Shown: piece after piece, positions 1 through 10,989 of the stretch
Layout: each line of letters begins with the position of its first letter
How positions within the stretch are numbered: position 1 is the first letter of the stretch
IMG/VR virus record: IMGVR_UViG_3300019360_000007
Span: 19,088 to 83,087 of that record
Direction: 5' to 3' (one strand)
Length of the DNA: 64,000 nt
DNA from: a virus
Notes under the pieces: model-generated
What the model saw: only the letters and a program-made list of their open reading frames with translations
What the model was told of the DNA's origin: nothing
Database searches by the model: none
Translations under genes and position numbers: made by a program

Positions 1-1
1 C

Positions 2-1024
2 GAAACCCCGGTACGAGTAGAAGATCCTCTGCCCGGCGAAGGTGTCCACGAAGGCCGGGTTCCACACGAGCTGTCCGCTGGCCTGGCCCACGATGCCGGC
101 GAGCGTGGGGTCGGTCGAGAAGTCGAACTCCTCTGCCTCGTCGTCCGTGACGACCTTGATGCCGCCGAACCCGGACACGCCGACAGGCTGTGCCACGGGA
201 ATCGAGGAAGCGTCCGGTCGCGTGCCGATCCTGACCATCGAGTAGGAATCGGGCGCGGAGCTGTCTCCCGGCAGGAAGTCGCCGAGGATCACGTGCGACG
301 GAGCCGGTGCCAGAACGTAACTCCCGTCGACGAGGAGCACGCCGAGATCTCGCGGAGGAGTGCCTCGCAGGGGGCGCCATCGCTGGACCCTCCCGTCCCA
401 CTTGAAGCGGTTCTCGTAGCGGTCGTTCCGAGACCACCAGAATGCCGGGGGCGAGATGGTGTAGTCCGTGTCCGTCGCTCGATCTCCGCGCTGGCTGGAC
501 ACTCCTCCCCCGAGCGTCGCGAGCGTCACCGGATCCGTGATCGTGAACACCCCGCTGACGGGATCGAAGTCGCCGTGCCCGACGAGCTGGACCTCCTCTC
601 CGGTGTCGCCTCGGCGCACCACGAGACTGACGACGCTCACGATGGTCCGGTTGGCGTCGTCGATGATGATGGAGGAGTTAGAACCTGACGCGCCGAACGG
701 ATTGTCCGCGACCAGGACCACCAGATCTCCCTGCGGGAAGGAGACCGTCGCGTCGCTCACGACGAACTCGCCCGCGTCGCGCAGGTCGGCCGTGTTGGCG
801 GCCCAGACCAGGTACTCCGTCTGCCCGTCGTCCGGGCGCAGGAGCACGGCCGCGCGGTACTGGTCGGCGGACAGCTCGACGAGGTCGGGGGACGGCAGGA
901 CGTAGTCCCCCGAGAGGGGTTTGAAGTCGCGGTCGACACCGTTCGACGCCTCGTCGGTCGTCGTGGCGTTCGCCGGCGCCGTGCGAGGCGCCCTGAGCAC
1001 GAATCCTGTGAAGTCGAATCCCAT
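2..1024 (-). CDS. Large virion/baseplate structural protein, N-terminal part (runs off left edge)
   Basis: ATG at 1024 read manually (MGFDFTGFVLRAPRTAPANATTTDEASNG...), open to the window edge with GC3-rich codons; follows the spike genes. Absent from the ORF track because it has no stop in the window. Confidence 0.75.
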   Translation of the reverse strand, partial: MGFDFTGFVLRAPRTAPANATTTDEASNGVDRDFKPLSGDYVLPSPDLVELSADQYRAAVLLRPDDGQTEYLVWAANTADLRDAGEFVVSDATVSFPQGDLVVLVADNPFGASGSNSSIIIDDANRTIVSVVSLVVRRGDTGEEVQLVGHGDFDPVSGVFTITDPVTLATLGGGVSSQRGDRATDTDYTISPPAFWWSRNDRYENRFKWDGRVQRWRPLRGTPPRDLGVLLVDGSYVLAPAPSHVILGDFLPGDSSAPDSYSMVRIGTRPDASSIPVAQPVGVSGFGGIKVVTDDEAEEFDFSTDPTLAGIVGQASGQLVWNPAFVDTFAGQRIFYSYRGF

Positions 1025-1049
1025 CGGTGCAGCTCAAAGTGGGGGCGGC

Positions 1050-1634
1050 TCAAAATACCAAGCTGATGCTCGTCCCCGTCGCGGGGACGGGCGACGGCGA
1101 CCCGGTCACTCCCCCGAACCCGAAACCCGTCTGGACCATGTCGGCGATGCCGATCCCGAGACCCTGAGCGACCCTGGGAGCCATCTGCCCATTGACGCCG
1201 GATGCCTGGAGATTCGCGAGGAGGATCCCGATGAGCGTCGCCGAGTTGGACAGGCTGATCTTCGACACGTCTCCGCCCACGCCCACGCCCGCCGAGATGC
1301 CGCTGTACTGCGCGGCGGAGTTGAGGACCGTGGCCAGCCCGGACCCTACCGCCGTGCCGAGCCCGGCCGCGGACTGTCCGTTGATTCCCGCCTGCTGGAG
1401 GCCGGCGATCACGAGCGCAGTCCCCCCCGCGAAGAACAGCTTGCCGTTCACGGAGCCGGCCCCGGCCACGCCGACCGTCGATCCCTTCACGAGCACGTTG
1501 GTGGGGAGAGGGATCCAGCTCGGGACGGACTTGCCCACCGCGGACGCGATGCGCGGGAGGTCCTGAGACCCCGGGAACACGGCCTGTCCGGCAGTGATGA
1601 TGGCCGACGTGATGGCCGCGCTCACGAGGGCCAT
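1050..1634 (-). CDS. Gly/Ala-rich baseplate/spike-associated protein (194 aa)
   Basis: Start MALVSAAITS overlaps the upstream stop (TGATG at 1634-1636); the longer N-terminus in the ORF track is off-frame shadow sequence. Confidence 0.7.
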   Translation of the reverse strand: MALVSAAITSAIITAGQAVFPGSQDLPRIASAVGKSVPSWIPLPTNVLVKGSTVGVAGAGSVNGKLFFAGGTALVIAGLQQAGINGQSAAGLGTAVGSGLATVLNSAAQYSGISAGVGVGGDVSKISLSNSATLIGILLANLQASGVNGQMAPRVAQGLGIGIADMVQTGFGFGGVTGSPSPVPATGTSISLVF

Positions 1635-4060
1635 CAGATCGGCACCCCCAGCCGGTGACCCTGGCTGCCCATGCCGAAGAAGGACAGGGGAAGGTTGGTG
1701 AGGGGATCCCGGTCGGCGCTGCTCACGATGGCTCCGACGTTGCCGTTGCCTCCGAGCGTCGTCACGGTGCCCGACAGCTTGGTGAACCCGTTCGACTTGA
1801 GGGTGAGGGACGCCAGCGCCTGGACCGTCGTGGCGAGGGTCGTCTGGACCAGTAGCGTGCCTGTGGGGACGGTCACCCGGACCCCGGAGCTGGTGTCGAC
1901 GGTGATCTGGTTGACCCCCGCTCGCGCGGTGAACGTCCCCACGCCGGTGCGCCACGTGATGTTGCCGACGAGGACCGTCGTGGTGTGGTCGCCGAGGTCG
2001 ATCCTCTCGACACGGTCCCCGAAGAGCATCGTGTACTCGTCGGTCTTGCCTCCCGCATGGCCCGTCAGAGGCGTCCCGATGAACTTGGTCTCGCGCAGCG
2101 GAGCGTTGCTCGGGAGGAAGCTCTTGGGACCTGAGTAGAGGTTGGTCTCGCGGCCGAGGACAGACTTGTCCACAGTGTTCGACTGGAGGAGGAGCTTGTC
2201 CGTGAGTACATTAGTGCTCTGCTTCGATGTGATGAGCACCTCGTTCGTGTCCGTGATCTGGACCGCGTTGGCGCCTGAGATCTTGGCGATGCGGGCGGCC
2301 GTCACGTGGACGTTTCCGTTCGGGCTCTCGACCGCGACGGCGGGGAGCGTGCTCTCCTGGAGAGCGTCGGTCCCCGTCCTCGCGGAGAAGCTGCCCCGCG
2401 TGGTCGGGGCGTTCCCGCGGATCAGGACTGCCCCCGTCTCCGTGCCCACCGTCAGCGCGAAGTTGTCCGTGGGATCTCCGTTGCGGAGGTTGAAGACCAG
2501 GTTGGGCGCGTTGATGACGACGGGACCGTTCGCGTCGAGCCTCATGCCGCCGTTAAGGGCCATCTCCAGGGAGTCTCGGTCCTGGGGTCCGCTGAGGAAC
2601 GCCTTGAAGCGTCCATCCTTCGTGGCGCTGACGAATGCCGGGGGAACGCGCGACGGATCGTCGACGGGAGGGGTGATCTGGAACAGCGAGGCGGCGTGGT
2701 CTCCGATGGGAGACCCGATGCCCGATTCCAGGCGAGGATCGATGCGCGTGCCGTCGAAGATCCTCGGGGCGAGCGGAAGACCGTAGAGCAGCCGACCACG
2801 TGTCGTGTACGGATCGTTGCCCACAACGGATCCGAGGACCCAGAGGAGAAATGGGCCTCCAGCGGCCACGGACGTGTCCTGGACAGCGTCGGCGGGCAGA
2901 CGGTCGGCATCGAGTCCGTCCATCTGCTCCGTGACCGGCAATCTCCCATCCCACGTGTGGTCCATCTCGATCCTGTACTCGGTCAGCGTCTCCGACTCTC
3001 CCTGTTCCTCGGCGATGGCTGCATTGGCAGGGATGGACGTGTTCTCAGGATTCGGGTCGAGGGAGACGCGATACAGCGGCTTGCCGCCATACTCGGCATC
3101 TGACGTGACTCGACTCGGGTCCAGGGCGTATCCGTCGGTACCGATGTAGAAACCGCGAGAGAGGAACGAGTACGGGTCGATGTTGTCCTGCAGGAAGACC
3201 CCGCTGTCCGGGAACGGCAGGCTTGAGTCAGAGCGGAAGAAGACAGCGTGTGGGGTCAAGACGTTCTGTGCCGTCGAGCTCGCGCCCAGGGTGGCGGGAG
3301 GGAGAGGATTGCCGGACTCGTCCTGTTGGACACCCGCCGTCCAGTCGACCCCGTCGCTGAACATGCGCGCGGGGAGGAACGTGGCGTCTCGCTGGACCAT
3401 GCCGGCGTAGATCCGGGCGCCTCCGATGGCGTGGAACTGTTGGAGAGACCTGAACAGGATCGCCTGATCCTGGTCTCGGAGCCGCACCTCGTTCGCCCTG
3501 CGGCTGGCGATGAGGACGCCCTCGTCGAGGACCACGTCCGAGCCCTGACTCGACGACAGCACGACATTGCCTGGCAGCATGGGGACGGTCTTGAAGCGTC
3601 GACGACCGTAGATGCCCTCGAAGTGGGCCTGCTTCTTCGGATTCAGGTCGGTCTCGGATGGCAGGAAGCTCTGTACGGGAAGCCATTCGATGCCGGCCTC
3701 CACGCCGATGGGCAGCCATGCCAAGATGACCGGGAACTTGCTCTCCGCCGCAAGCCACCCGACGACGCAGACGTCACCTGGCTCCGGCAAGGCCCCCATG
3801 AAGTGGCGTGCTCCCGCGGCCGCGGCCGTCACCGGAATCGGGACCCACTCGAAGATGTCCGACTCGCCAGTCATAACTTGGAGAACGGCCTCCTGACGGG
3901 CATAGTCGACCCGCACCACCCGAGCGATCGAGAGGCCGTACGCGGCCGGCCCTGTGCTGAGGTCCTTCGACTTGACTCTATGCTCAGGAGAGACGTCGAA
4001 GGAGATCTGCGCGGACGGGACGGGACGGTCGACGTCCATCGTTGAAGGAGGTCTCGGCAT
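1634..4060 (-). CDS. Baseplate central spike, gp5/VgrG-like (OB-fold plus C-terminal beta-helix)
   Basis: N-terminal ARVVRVDY...WVPIP...LPEPGDVCVVGW fits the gp5/VgrG OB-fold pattern; Thr/Val/Gly-rich beta repeats at the C-terminus; directly after the hub gene. Confidence 0.75.
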   Translation of the reverse strand: MPRPPSTMDVDRPVPSAQISFDVSPEHRVKSKDLSTGPAAYGLSIARVVRVDYARQEAVLQVMTGESDIFEWVPIPVTAAAAGARHFMGALPEPGDVCVVGWLAAESKFPVILAWLPIGVEAGIEWLPVQSFLPSETDLNPKKQAHFEGIYGRRRFKTVPMLPGNVVLSSSQGSDVVLDEGVLIASRRANEVRLRDQDQAILFRSLQQFHAIGGARIYAGMVQRDATFLPARMFSDGVDWTAGVQQDESGNPLPPATLGASSTAQNVLTPHAVFFRSDSSLPFPDSGVFLQDNIDPYSFLSRGFYIGTDGYALDPSRVTSDAEYGGKPLYRVSLDPNPENTSIPANAAIAEEQGESETLTEYRIEMDHTWDGRLPVTEQMDGLDADRLPADAVQDTSVAAGGPFLLWVLGSVVGNDPYTTRGRLLYGLPLAPRIFDGTRIDPRLESGIGSPIGDHAASLFQITPPVDDPSRVPPAFVSATKDGRFKAFLSGPQDRDSLEMALNGGMRLDANGPVVINAPNLVFNLRNGDPTDNFALTVGTETGAVLIRGNAPTTRGSFSARTGTDALQESTLPAVAVESPNGNVHVTAARIAKISGANAVQITDTNEVLITSKQSTNVLTDKLLLQSNTVDKSVLGRETNLYSGPKSFLPSNAPLRETKFIGTPLTGHAGGKTDEYTMLFGDRVERIDLGDHTTTVLVGNITWRTGVGTFTARAGVNQITVDTSSGVRVTVPTGTLLVQTTLATTVQALASLTLKSNGFTKLSGTVTTLGGNGNVGAIVSSADRDPLTNLPLSFFGMGSQGHRLGVPI

Positions 4061-4063
4061 CGG

Positions 4064-7000
4064 TCAGCTTCCCTCCGGCGGAGTCGCCGCCGGACCGGCA
4101 TTGTTGTTGTTGAACGCCTTTGCGTCCGGCGACGCGCCGTCGAGCACCTCGCCGCGATATCGTCGCTGCTGCAGGGCATGCTGCGAGGTCCTCTTGATGA
4201 TCTCCTCGCTGTGGAATGCCTCCGCCTTCTGCCCGCCCTGGTCGATGTCCTCGACGGCCACGAAATGCTCGCGCCCGTACGCGGCGAGGACCACATCGGC
4301 GAGTGACCCGCGACAGACGCAGGAGTCTCCGGCCCTCGCCGCGAGGTGGGCCGTGAGGTCGGCCAGCTTGTAGGCGGCGTTGGAAATCGTTGTCTGGAAG
4401 ACCGGGCTCTTGCCGTAGTTGGCGGCGAATCCGATGAAGTTGCGCACGAACTGCGTGTCCGAGATGTCGAAGGACTCCTGGTCGACGAGGTTGGGATCGT
4501 CTCCGTTCGCTGCGAGCATTTCCCTCAGAACATCCCGTCCAGTTGGAGTCGTCCCGAGAGCCGAGACAGTCAGGGCGAGGTTCTCTGCCGACTCCTCCAG
4601 ATCGGCCCGTTCCCGATCATCGGCGACGGCTCGATCCACGACTCTGGACGCGTCTATCGTCGCTTCCCCTCCTTCCTGGCCGAGATTCTGGGACAACGGG
4701 GTCTCCCGCTCCCCCAGAAACTTGGCGAGGAAATCAGACACCGCATTCCTGACCCCCGACAGGAGGTTGGCTCCTGGGCTGGTGCGGCCCTCCGTCGCCA
4801 GGGTGAACTCGCGGAGGAACTCCTCGGCGGTCTGCGCCGTCACGTTCCGGAACGGATCCTGGCCGCTGTGAATATACGCAAAGGTTCCTCCGGGCTCCAC
4901 AGACAGGCCGCGTCCGTAACGGAACGCGCCATAGTGCTGGTAGCCCTTCTCGTCCGAGACAGGGAACACAGGGCTGTGTAGAGGGAGATCCTTCTTGCCC
5001 TCCTTGACAGCCTTGTCCTCGGTGAAGAAGGACACCACCGCAGCGATGGCGTCGTCCAGACCAAAGGTCTTGGAGAGTATTTCGTTGAAGTCTCCGCGGA
5101 TCTCTGACAGGCGCATGTCCTTGCCCGTGGCCGGATCCAGTGCCGCGGCCACCACCTCGTCGAACTTCTGCTCGATTACCCTGGCAATGCCGACGGCGAA
5201 GTTGGCGGCGAGCGCTTCCACGGCCCGCGTCCACGCACGTCCGTCGTCTTTCTGCGCCCCGAAAGGCTTGTAGCCAGGGAGCATGGCGACGTCGGAGATC
5301 CTGAGATCCGGGATCTCGATAAGATCGGGAGCATCCCCCAGCTGCTGCGAGATCACCTGGACCGCGCTTGCCGGTACCTGATCGGGCGAGAGAGGGGCAA
5401 TGATGTCCTCGAGAGGAGGGAGTTCCACGAGCGTCAAGCCCACGAGATCGCCGTTGTCGTAGATGGGCAGGTCCACAGTCCCCACGTCCAGCCCGATCTG
5501 CTCGTACACGGGCCCGAAGACCTCCTGGACCGTCTTCGACGGATCGTCGAGGTCCTGCGCGGCATCGAGGAACATCTGGGTGATCTGCTTGGATACTCCC
5601 TGTCCGTTGAACGTGATGGATCCCGCGGTCTGCGAGGTCCCTACCACCTCCGTGAACTTGCTCCCCTCGTGGCGCATGAACGATATCGTATGAATCTGGT
5701 CAGTCGTGAGGACCCGCGGTGTACGCTGGGGCCCCTGGGCGATGTTGAGCCCTACACGGCACTTCCCCACGCCGATCTCCGCCTCCGGGTATCTTAGGTT
5801 CTGGTTCGGACGCGTCACCTCCGACTTGAACTGGACTACGAGACGATCCGTCGGCGTGAAGGCGGGTCGCGTGGTCACACTGGGCGGGTTCTCCAGCTCG
5901 GGGGCTTCCTGCGCAGGCTGCTCGGGAGAATTGGCGTTCGATGCGACCGTGGTAGGAGGAGGACTGTCGGAAAGCGTGATCCTCCCGGGAGAAGGGATCA
6001 GGGGGATGTCCTCCCTCTCGCCCTTCTTTCCGCGCTTCGTTCGGGCTCCGAATCTGGTCACCCAATTGTTGGCCTCCGCCGAGGGTTCCGCCCAGAAGCT
6101 CCTCGTATCAGGAAACGGTGCTTTCGGCTCGTCCACGGCTCCTGTGTCCGGGTCGAGCCCCAGGCGCTTGAAGAACTTCTTGCGCTCCTTGGGATTTTTC
6201 GGCGGGTTGAGCTGACCGTTCAGATACTGCTCTCGCTTGTCCTGGTTTCGCTGCTGGATCTCGGCCGCAGTAGCATCGTCTCGCCGATCCATGTGCATGA
6301 ATGTGGAGGGAGGTCCCTTCCCCCCCTTAGGACGTATGGAATAGAATCCCATCCCGGAGATCAAGCCCTCGTTGAAGCCCCTCGCCACTTCCTCTCGAAT
6401 GGCATTGACGGCCACGTCGTATGGACCAGGGGAGATTCCGTTGTCCTTGGCCGTGGCGAACGTCTGGTTGGCGAACAGGACGTCGATGGCCACGCCCGCC
6501 GAGTGGTACGCCTCGGAATCCGAGGGCTCAAACTCGGGGCGGAATCCAGAGAACAGCTGTGGATTCGCGAAGATCAGGCCGTTAGAACTCGCCACTGCTT
6601 CCTGGTAGTCGCTTCGAGCCAATATCCTGTTCACGACTTCATTAACAGCGGCGGTGATGTCCAGGAGACGCTGCGCGTGCGTGGCATCCATGTTCCTCGA
6701 CGCCGCTTCCCCCCTAGTCTTCGTCTGTCCCAGCAGTTTGTCGAACTCGGCCGGCATGTCTAGCCACCCATCGATCCCGGGCAGAGTAGGGACGAGTTCT
6801 CGCAGCTGGGTAAACAGGTCTGCTCCGATGCCCACGATGTTGCCCGTCAGCACATTGGAGAGAGCGCTGGCCGCCCTCCGTACCGTCGACCTGGTCCTGG
6901 CCTTAGCCCGATCTCCGTCGTCGAACACGATGATGGGTGCGCCCTGCATATCCGGGTCGGGGTGCGAGCACGAGTAGTACCTGTACTGCCCGTTGACGGA

Positions 7001-9544
7001 CCCGCACAGATACTGGCCTTTGAGATGGCTGAGAGTCTCGAAGTAAGCGAGAGTGACTTCCCCGCCGTGGATACCGTCGACCTTTCTCTTGATGGGGTCG
7101 TTGCGATTGGGCTGGAGAGCCTCGAAGACGAGAGCGAGTTTCTGGATGCTGCCGTTCTCTCCCAGAATGCTGTTGAACTTCTGTCTCTCGCTCTCCAGCT
7201 CTCCCTCAAGCACACCGAGCTGGTCGCGGAGCGGATCTCGCTGGGATGCTCCCGCGGCGACCGCCCTCGTCTTCGACGTCTCCTGCAGTCCTAGTCTTCT
7301 CGCCAAATCGGCAGCGTTGGCGAATCCGCTGGCGATGGCCGCTTGCCGCTCGACCTTGTCGATCTCGGCCTCCGTCCCCCTGAGCGGCCCGAGAGCTTCA
7401 CCCAGCTCCCGGAAACTCCGCTTCAGGTCCTCGATGTCGAACACGAAGGACTGCTGTGGATTCTGGCTGTAAGTGAGCCGAAACTTCGTGATGTCCCTGG
7501 GGTCCGTCGTGACGGCTCCTTCCTCGTTGAGCGGCTCGAAGGCCCTGACATTGTCGAAGTCTCTCTTGAGGAGTCCCCAGAGGACGTCGGCGTCTCCCTC
7601 GACGGCATTGAAGTAATCGAGGCCGACTCCGACCACGGTGTAGTTGGGGTTGAGCTGTTGGGGATCAATAGCCATCACGACGTTGGGAAAGCCCACGATC
7701 CTGGGGACGAAGATCGGCTTGTCCGTGTTGCCGGGCATCACGCTCTGGAACACCTCCAGGGGGCGTGGCGGCAGATCGGGCCGGTTCAGCTTGATCTGCC
7801 AGATGGCACTCTTGCCCTCGGCCGGTGCCTCCAGCACGCCGGGGGCGTGGAACTTGGCCCTGCGGCAGGTCAAAACCAGATTCGTCGTGCATTGGCCGCC
7901 GAACGCGAACTGATGGCTGATCTGCGAGATGTAGTAGTAGCAGTCGATGAACGGGATGTAGACAGGGTAGCCTGGTCGAAGTTCGGGACGGATCGGAATC
8001 GTGGCGCTCGCGCTGTACGTGTCCACGTTCGCGAGATCGAGTCGCGAGACGGCCATCCAGAAGAGAACCTTGGGATCCGTCTGATACGTGACGTCGAGGG
8101 AGGCCGCAGGGCGCCAGCCGAATTGCGCGACCAGCTTGTAGTCGACATACATGCCCCTCTTGAGCAGCTCTGCTCCCTCCGCGAGGCCGGTAAATCCGCC
8201 AATCCACACGCCCTTGACGATGGCGTAGGTTGCCTCAGGTTCCTTCTCGACGACCGAGATGTTGATGATGTCCTCGTCCTGGAGTCGGTAGTACCTGTTC
8301 GTCGACGTGTCCAGGTTGTAGAACGGAGGCTTGAACACGAGGTCGCCGTCGACGTCCTGGTAGAACTCGTAACCGGTCACGTCACACACGGCAGTGGCGA
8401 GGTCCATCTTGGTCTGGTACGTCGATTGCCATTCGTTCACTGCTCCAACCTCGGAGATCGCCTGTGAGAAGGCGAACATGTCCAGGACAGACAAGTCGAC
8501 CAGCTCTCCATCCTGCCGAATCACCGGCGAGTAAACGAGGTCAGAGCCGAGGTTGGCGAGACCCAGGGACTTGGCCACGGACCATCGCGCAGAGAACGGA
8601 TCTTTCTCTCGACGCTGGGCAGACGGATCGCTGAACGTGGAGCTGGTCAGGAGACCCTGGATGTCACTCACGTCATGCTTCGCCAACCAAGCCTGCTGCG
8701 TGGCGTTGAACAATCGACCGTTGACCCCGAACATGCGCAGGTTCTGGATACGTGTCTTGAACCTCTGTTCCCAGTAGAGGACAGCCATGTCGTAGATCTG
8801 GCGTCCCGCGGGACCCGTCGATTCCGCGACGCTTGTCAGGTTCGATTCCTGATCTAGGGCGAATTCCACGCCCGCCGCAGCCCCGGCCACGTCCCTGTAG
8901 AGGGTATAGATGATGGCGAACGGGTGCATGGAGTTGAAGACGTTCCCGACCAGGGTCGTCCGCGCCGGGTCGTTCGTCGGTCTCTCGCCGAGCTGCGCGG
9001 CCGAGGTGGCTACGTTCTGGAAACGCCAGAAGTGCAAGAGAGACGCACACTGCAGGGAACCGTGGTAGAATCCGTCCGAGTACTCGTAGGTAACCTGCGT
9101 CACTACTCCGTGGAAAACTGGGTAATACGGGTAGGAGGCATACTTGGAGAGGTCAAGACGGTCATTGGCCGTCGGGTTGGGGAATGAGATGTCGGGGCTG
9201 GCGAGGTGGGAAAACATCCCGCGCACGGGAAAGTAACCACGCATGAAGATGTGGACTTCAAGACCTGGGCGCAGGATGTTGTAGCCGTCGACGAAGACCT
9301 GCTGACCCTGCACGCGGGGCAGAGTCAGGTTAATGTTCGCCGAGTGCGACCCGGGCTGTGTGCCCGTCTCGACGTTGAGAGAGGTCACGAAATGCTGGAT
9401 GTCGACGCGTCCTCGACATCGGGGACAACCGGGGATGGACGTGTCGCCGTTGATGAACACCAGGGCGTCGGGTGTGTACTTGACGACCGCGCGGTTGTTG
9501 AGGCGCCACGTGCCCGCGTAGGGTCTGTTCTCGATGCCGGCCAT
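4064..9544 (-). CDS. Baseplate hub (gp27/gp44-like) with inserted M15-type Zn peptidase domain
   Basis: Hub motifs GYEFYQDVDGDLVFKPP and IRPELRPGYPVYI; internal SGFRP..YHSAGVAIDV..GMGFY..FMHMDRR (LAS peptidase signature). Confidence 0.8.
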   Translation of the reverse strand: MAGIENRPYAGTWRLNNRAVVKYTPDALVFINGDTSIPGCPRCRGRVDIQHFVTSLNVETGTQPGSHSANINLTLPRVQGQQVFVDGYNILRPGLEVHIFMRGYFPVRGMFSHLASPDISFPNPTANDRLDLSKYASYPYYPVFHGVVTQVTYEYSDGFYHGSLQCASLLHFWRFQNVATSAAQLGERPTNDPARTTLVGNVFNSMHPFAIIYTLYRDVAGAAAGVEFALDQESNLTSVAESTGPAGRQIYDMAVLYWEQRFKTRIQNLRMFGVNGRLFNATQQAWLAKHDVSDIQGLLTSSTFSDPSAQRREKDPFSARWSVAKSLGLANLGSDLVYSPVIRQDGELVDLSVLDMFAFSQAISEVGAVNEWQSTYQTKMDLATAVCDVTGYEFYQDVDGDLVFKPPFYNLDTSTNRYYRLQDEDIINISVVEKEPEATYAIVKGVWIGGFTGLAEGAELLKRGMYVDYKLVAQFGWRPAASLDVTYQTDPKVLFWMAVSRLDLANVDTYSASATIPIRPELRPGYPVYIPFIDCYYYISQISHQFAFGGQCTTNLVLTCRRAKFHAPGVLEAPAEGKSAIWQIKLNRPDLPPRPLEVFQSVMPGNTDKPIFVPRIVGFPNVVMAIDPQQLNPNYTVVGVGLDYFNAVEGDADVLWGLLKRDFDNVRAFEPLNEEGAVTTDPRDITKFRLTYSQNPQQSFVFDIEDLKRSFRELGEALGPLRGTEAEIDKVERQAAIASGFANAADLARRLGLQETSKTRAVAAGASQRDPLRDQLGVLEGELESERQKFNSILGENGSIQKLALVFEALQPNRNDPIKRKVDGIHGGEVTLAYFETLSHLKGQYLCGSVNGQYRYYSCSHPDPDMQGAPIIVFDDGDRAKARTRSTVRRAASALSNVLTGNIVGIGADLFTQLRELVPTLPGIDGWLDMPAEFDKLLGQTKTRGEAASRNMDATHAQRLLDITAAVNEVVNRILARSDYQEAVASSNGLIFANPQLFSGFRPEFEPSDSEAYHSAGVAIDVLFANQTFATAKDNGISPGPYDVAVNAIREEVARGFNEGLISGMGFYSIRPKGGKGPPSTFMHMDRRDDATAAEIQQRNQDKREQYLNGQLNPPKNPKERKKFFKRLGLDPDTGAVDEPKAPFPDTRSFWAEPSAEANNWVTRFGARTKRGKKGEREDIPLIPSPGRITLSDSPPPTTVASNANSPEQPAQEAPELENPPSVTTRPAFTPTDRLVVQFKSEVTRPNQNLRYPEAEIGVGKCRVGLNIAQGPQRTPRVLTTDQIHTISFMRHEGSKFTEVVGTSQTAGSITFNGQGVSKQITQMFLDAAQDLDDPSKTVQEVFGPVYEQIGLDVGTVDLPIYDNGDLVGLTLVELPPLEDIIAPLSPDQVPASAVQVISQQLGDAPDLIEIPDLRISDVAMLPGYKPFGAQKDDGRAWTRAVEALAANFAVGIARVIEQKFDEVVAAALDPATGKDMRLSEIRGDFNEILSKTFGLDDAIAAVVSFFTEDKAVKEGKKDLPLHSPVFPVSDEKGYQHYGAFRYGRGLSVEPGGTFAYIHSGQDPFRNVTAQTAEEFLREFTLATEGRTSPGANLLSGVRNAVSDFLAKFLGERETPLSQNLGQEGGEATIDASRVVDRAVADDRERADLEESAENLALTVSALGTTPTGRDVLREMLAANGDDPNLVDQESFDISDTQFVRNFIGFAANYGKSPVFQTTISNAAYKLADLTAHLAARAGDSCVCRGSLADVVLAAYGREHFVAVEDIDQGGQKAEAFHSEEIIKRTSQHALQQRRYRGEVLDGASPDAKAFNNNNAGPAATPPEGS

Positions 9545-9548
9545 CGTC

Positions 9549-10988
9549 CTAGAATGGGTTGAGAGTCGTCGGCGCGAAGGGATTGACGGCCTGCGACCCC
9601 GGAGACGGTACCGCGGTGGGACCGTTGAACGTCCGTGGATCGACGAGCGGGTCGAGGACGGCGGTGGAGGGAGCCGCGGAAGGGGCGAACGGGTCGACAG
9701 CGCTGGAGACGAACGGATTGATGGTGCGCATCGCGTTCGCCTCCTGGTTCGGAACGAAGGGAACTTGGCCGCGCTGGACCGAGCTGGGGCTGGGCATAGG
9801 AGGGGAAACGTACGGCCGGACGGCGCCGGACTGCGATCTGTCGAACATGAAGGACACCGTGAACTCGAAGCTGAAGTCCACGGCCCCGTGCTGCCTGCCC
9901 TCGTCGTAGCTGTACTGGAAGTTCTCGAACTGCCCCAGGTAGACGAACTGGTCGTAGGTGATCTCGACGTGGCCGATGAACAGGTGGGCCTCGGAGCGAG
10001 GCCTACCCGCGGTGTCGTAGATGTACCCGTTGTTCCTGTAGAACGTGAACAGCCCCATCAGATTCTGCCAAGCGGCCGAACTCCACTTGGACGCGTACTG
10101 ATACCCGCTGACTCCCACGGTCTCGAACGGGACGACCCCATGCGCCGTCGAGGCTTGACGAGCCGTCCCACGACTCCCGGCGACGAATCCGGCGGACCTA
10201 CCGGACACGCTCATCCTCACCTGCTCCTCGCCCCACGACTGGAAGACGTAATTGTACCTATTGCGGTCCTGGTAGACCTGCTTCTTCGCGTACGTGATGG
10301 TGAGGTTCTGGGGGTTGACGAGCAGGGTGAGCGCGGGCGTGACCGCGATGCGGTTGACCTGCACGATCACGTCCAGGGCTTGGATGAGGTCCGAGACCGC
10401 CGCCTGGTTCGCCTGTGACTGCTCGACCGCCAGTGGATCGAACTGGATCCCGTTGGCCGCGATCATCTTGTCGAGACGAGACAGAGTCGCCCCCCTGGTC
10501 GGTCCCGATGCGAAGAAATTGGACTGCCTGAACTGCCTGCGACGTTCCGTCACCTTGGAGAAGTTGTTCGACGCTCTGAGCGCCGTGTCGATGATCTCGA
10601 TGTTCTGGTCTCCCGTGATGGGCGGACGAGTACCCAGGAGAGCTTGACGAGCCTCCTCGATCTCGGCCGGCGACGATGTCGGGTCGGCAAGCACGGTGTC
10701 CAGGTTGCGCTGAGCATCCTCGAAGGCGAGCCGGAGAGGCCCGTCGAAAGCGCCGCTCGTCTGCGCCTGTCCTCGTCCGAGCAACGCGTCGAGGAGGATG
10801 TCGGGCGGCACGATCCTGAACGTGAATGGCGATCCGAGACGCGAGGACCGCAGACGCTGGAGAGTCCCGTCGACCGCGCTGGACTCGGCGGAGAGGGTGT
10901 TCGCGATCCAGTTGGGGCCCGTGTCCAGTCCAGCGTAGCTGCCGAGAGGTTGGAACTTCGTGAGAGATGTCTGGCTGGCGTCTGCCAC
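9549..10988 (-). CDS. Baseplate tube-initiator-like protein (paralog of next gene)
   Basis: GTG start at 10988 just after the upstream stop; LLVNPQNLTITYAKK and FYRNNGYIYD are shared with 10990..11763; lies between tape measure and hub. Confidence 0.65.
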   Translation of the reverse strand: MADASQTSLTKFQPLGSYAGLDTGPNWIANTLSAESSAVDGTLQRLRSSRLGSPFTFRIVPPDILLDALLGRGQAQTSGAFDGPLRLAFEDAQRNLDTVLADPTSSPAEIEEARQALLGTRPPITGDQNIEIIDTALRASNNFSKVTERRRQFRQSNFFASGPTRGATLSRLDKMIAANGIQFDPLAVEQSQANQAAVSDLIQALDVIVQVNRIAVTPALTLLVNPQNLTITYAKKQVYQDRNRYNYVFQSWGEEQVRMSVSGRSAGFVAGSRGTARQASTAHGVVPFETVGVSGYQYASKWSSAAWQNLMGLFTFYRNNGYIYDTAGRPRSEAHLFIGHVEITYDQFVYLGQFENFQYSYDEGRQHGAVDFSFEFTVSFMFDRSQSGAVRPYVSPPMPSPSSVQRGQVPFVPNQEANAMRTINPFVSSAVDPFAPSAAPSTAVLDPLVDPRTFNGPTAVPSPGSQAVNPFAPTTLNPF

Positions 10989-10989
10989 G

